A stretch of DNA of 62,610 nt, the filler included. It is 4 parts of 4 records of this genome, joined end to end, with 100 filler letters (N's around TTAATTAATTAA, not from the genome) between each part and the next. Parts side by side here need not be neighbours in the genome. Positions count along the whole stretch, not along the records: positions 39,953 to 62,610 come from SRR20825019_1551; 3 more parts are not named here. One strand, written 5' to 3'. Below, in pieces: positions 62,349 to 62,610 of this stretch. Below the pieces are notes generated by a model, which had not been told where the DNA came from, did no database searches, and saw only the letters and a list, made by a program, of their open reading frames with translations. The number at the start of each line of letters is the position of its first letter. Within the stretch, counting starts at the first letter, position 1. Made by a program: the position numbers and the translations under genes.

Positions 62349-62610
62349 GGCATTGGTGTCGAAGTAGAGTGCCCTGTGTAGTGAGCCAAGGGCAGGCGGA
62401 GGTCACAGACAGACGCGACTGACCCGGCGGCGAGCACGCGGCATGGGCCGGACGGCGGACCCGGTGAGCGAGACTAACCGCTGGGCCCGGCCCTGGCATG
62501 CGTTCACGGTTGGTCGGCATCACGGTCACCGCTTGGCCCCGCGGGTCAGTGGCCGGCGAGGCCAACCGAGGCGTCATGGCTCCCGGGCCGGGGGGGGGGG
62601 GGGGGGGGGG

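Noticed and set aside
62591-62610. Terminal poly-G runs (also 3-19) and poly-A at 16980-17002 as telomeres or retroelement tails
   Set aside because: They are homopolymers at contig ends, consistent with assembly breaks or sequencing artefacts. No telomeric repeat unit or reverse transcriptase is present.

Overview
This window is four unrelated contigs joined by 100-bp artificial spacers (44 N + TTAATTAATTAA + 44 N at 16880-16979, 33895-33994 and 39853-39952). Contigs 1 (1-16879), 2 (16980-33894) and 4 (39953-62610) come from a compact, intron-rich eukaryotic genome, probably a flagellated protist, with short GT-AG introns mostly about 50-70 nt. Recognisable genes are a DUF89/ARMT1 phosphatase, cycloeucalenol cycloisomerase CPI1, an EGF protein, a SAM methyltransferase, an F-box protein, an S8 subtilase, a GH135/spherulin-4 enzyme, an M14 carboxypeptidase, a TTLL polyglutamylase, an SCPx-type thiolase, a BCH/CRAL-TRIO protein, a kinesin-CCDC78-like protein and a PAQR receptor. 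Contig 3 (33995-39852) is an ordinary alphaproteobacterial fragment (thyA-folA-GNAT, mrp, hflK-hflC-DUF2065-degP), probably co-binned. The most striking item is an intron-containing gene at 26571-29742 encoding a signal-peptide protein with two LarB-like (nickel-pincer cofactor carboxylase/hydrolase) domains. The two domains have lost complementary catalytic motifs: one keeps the Cys, the other the GMEG Glu. Other notable items are very GC-rich GAGT/ACTC islands at gene 5' ends, a kinesin with degenerate switch motifs fused to a CCDC78-like coil, an F-box protein with a dynein-stalk-like segment, and frequent AAG splice acceptors. All gene models were spliced by eye and family calls rest on remembered motifs; no searches were run.
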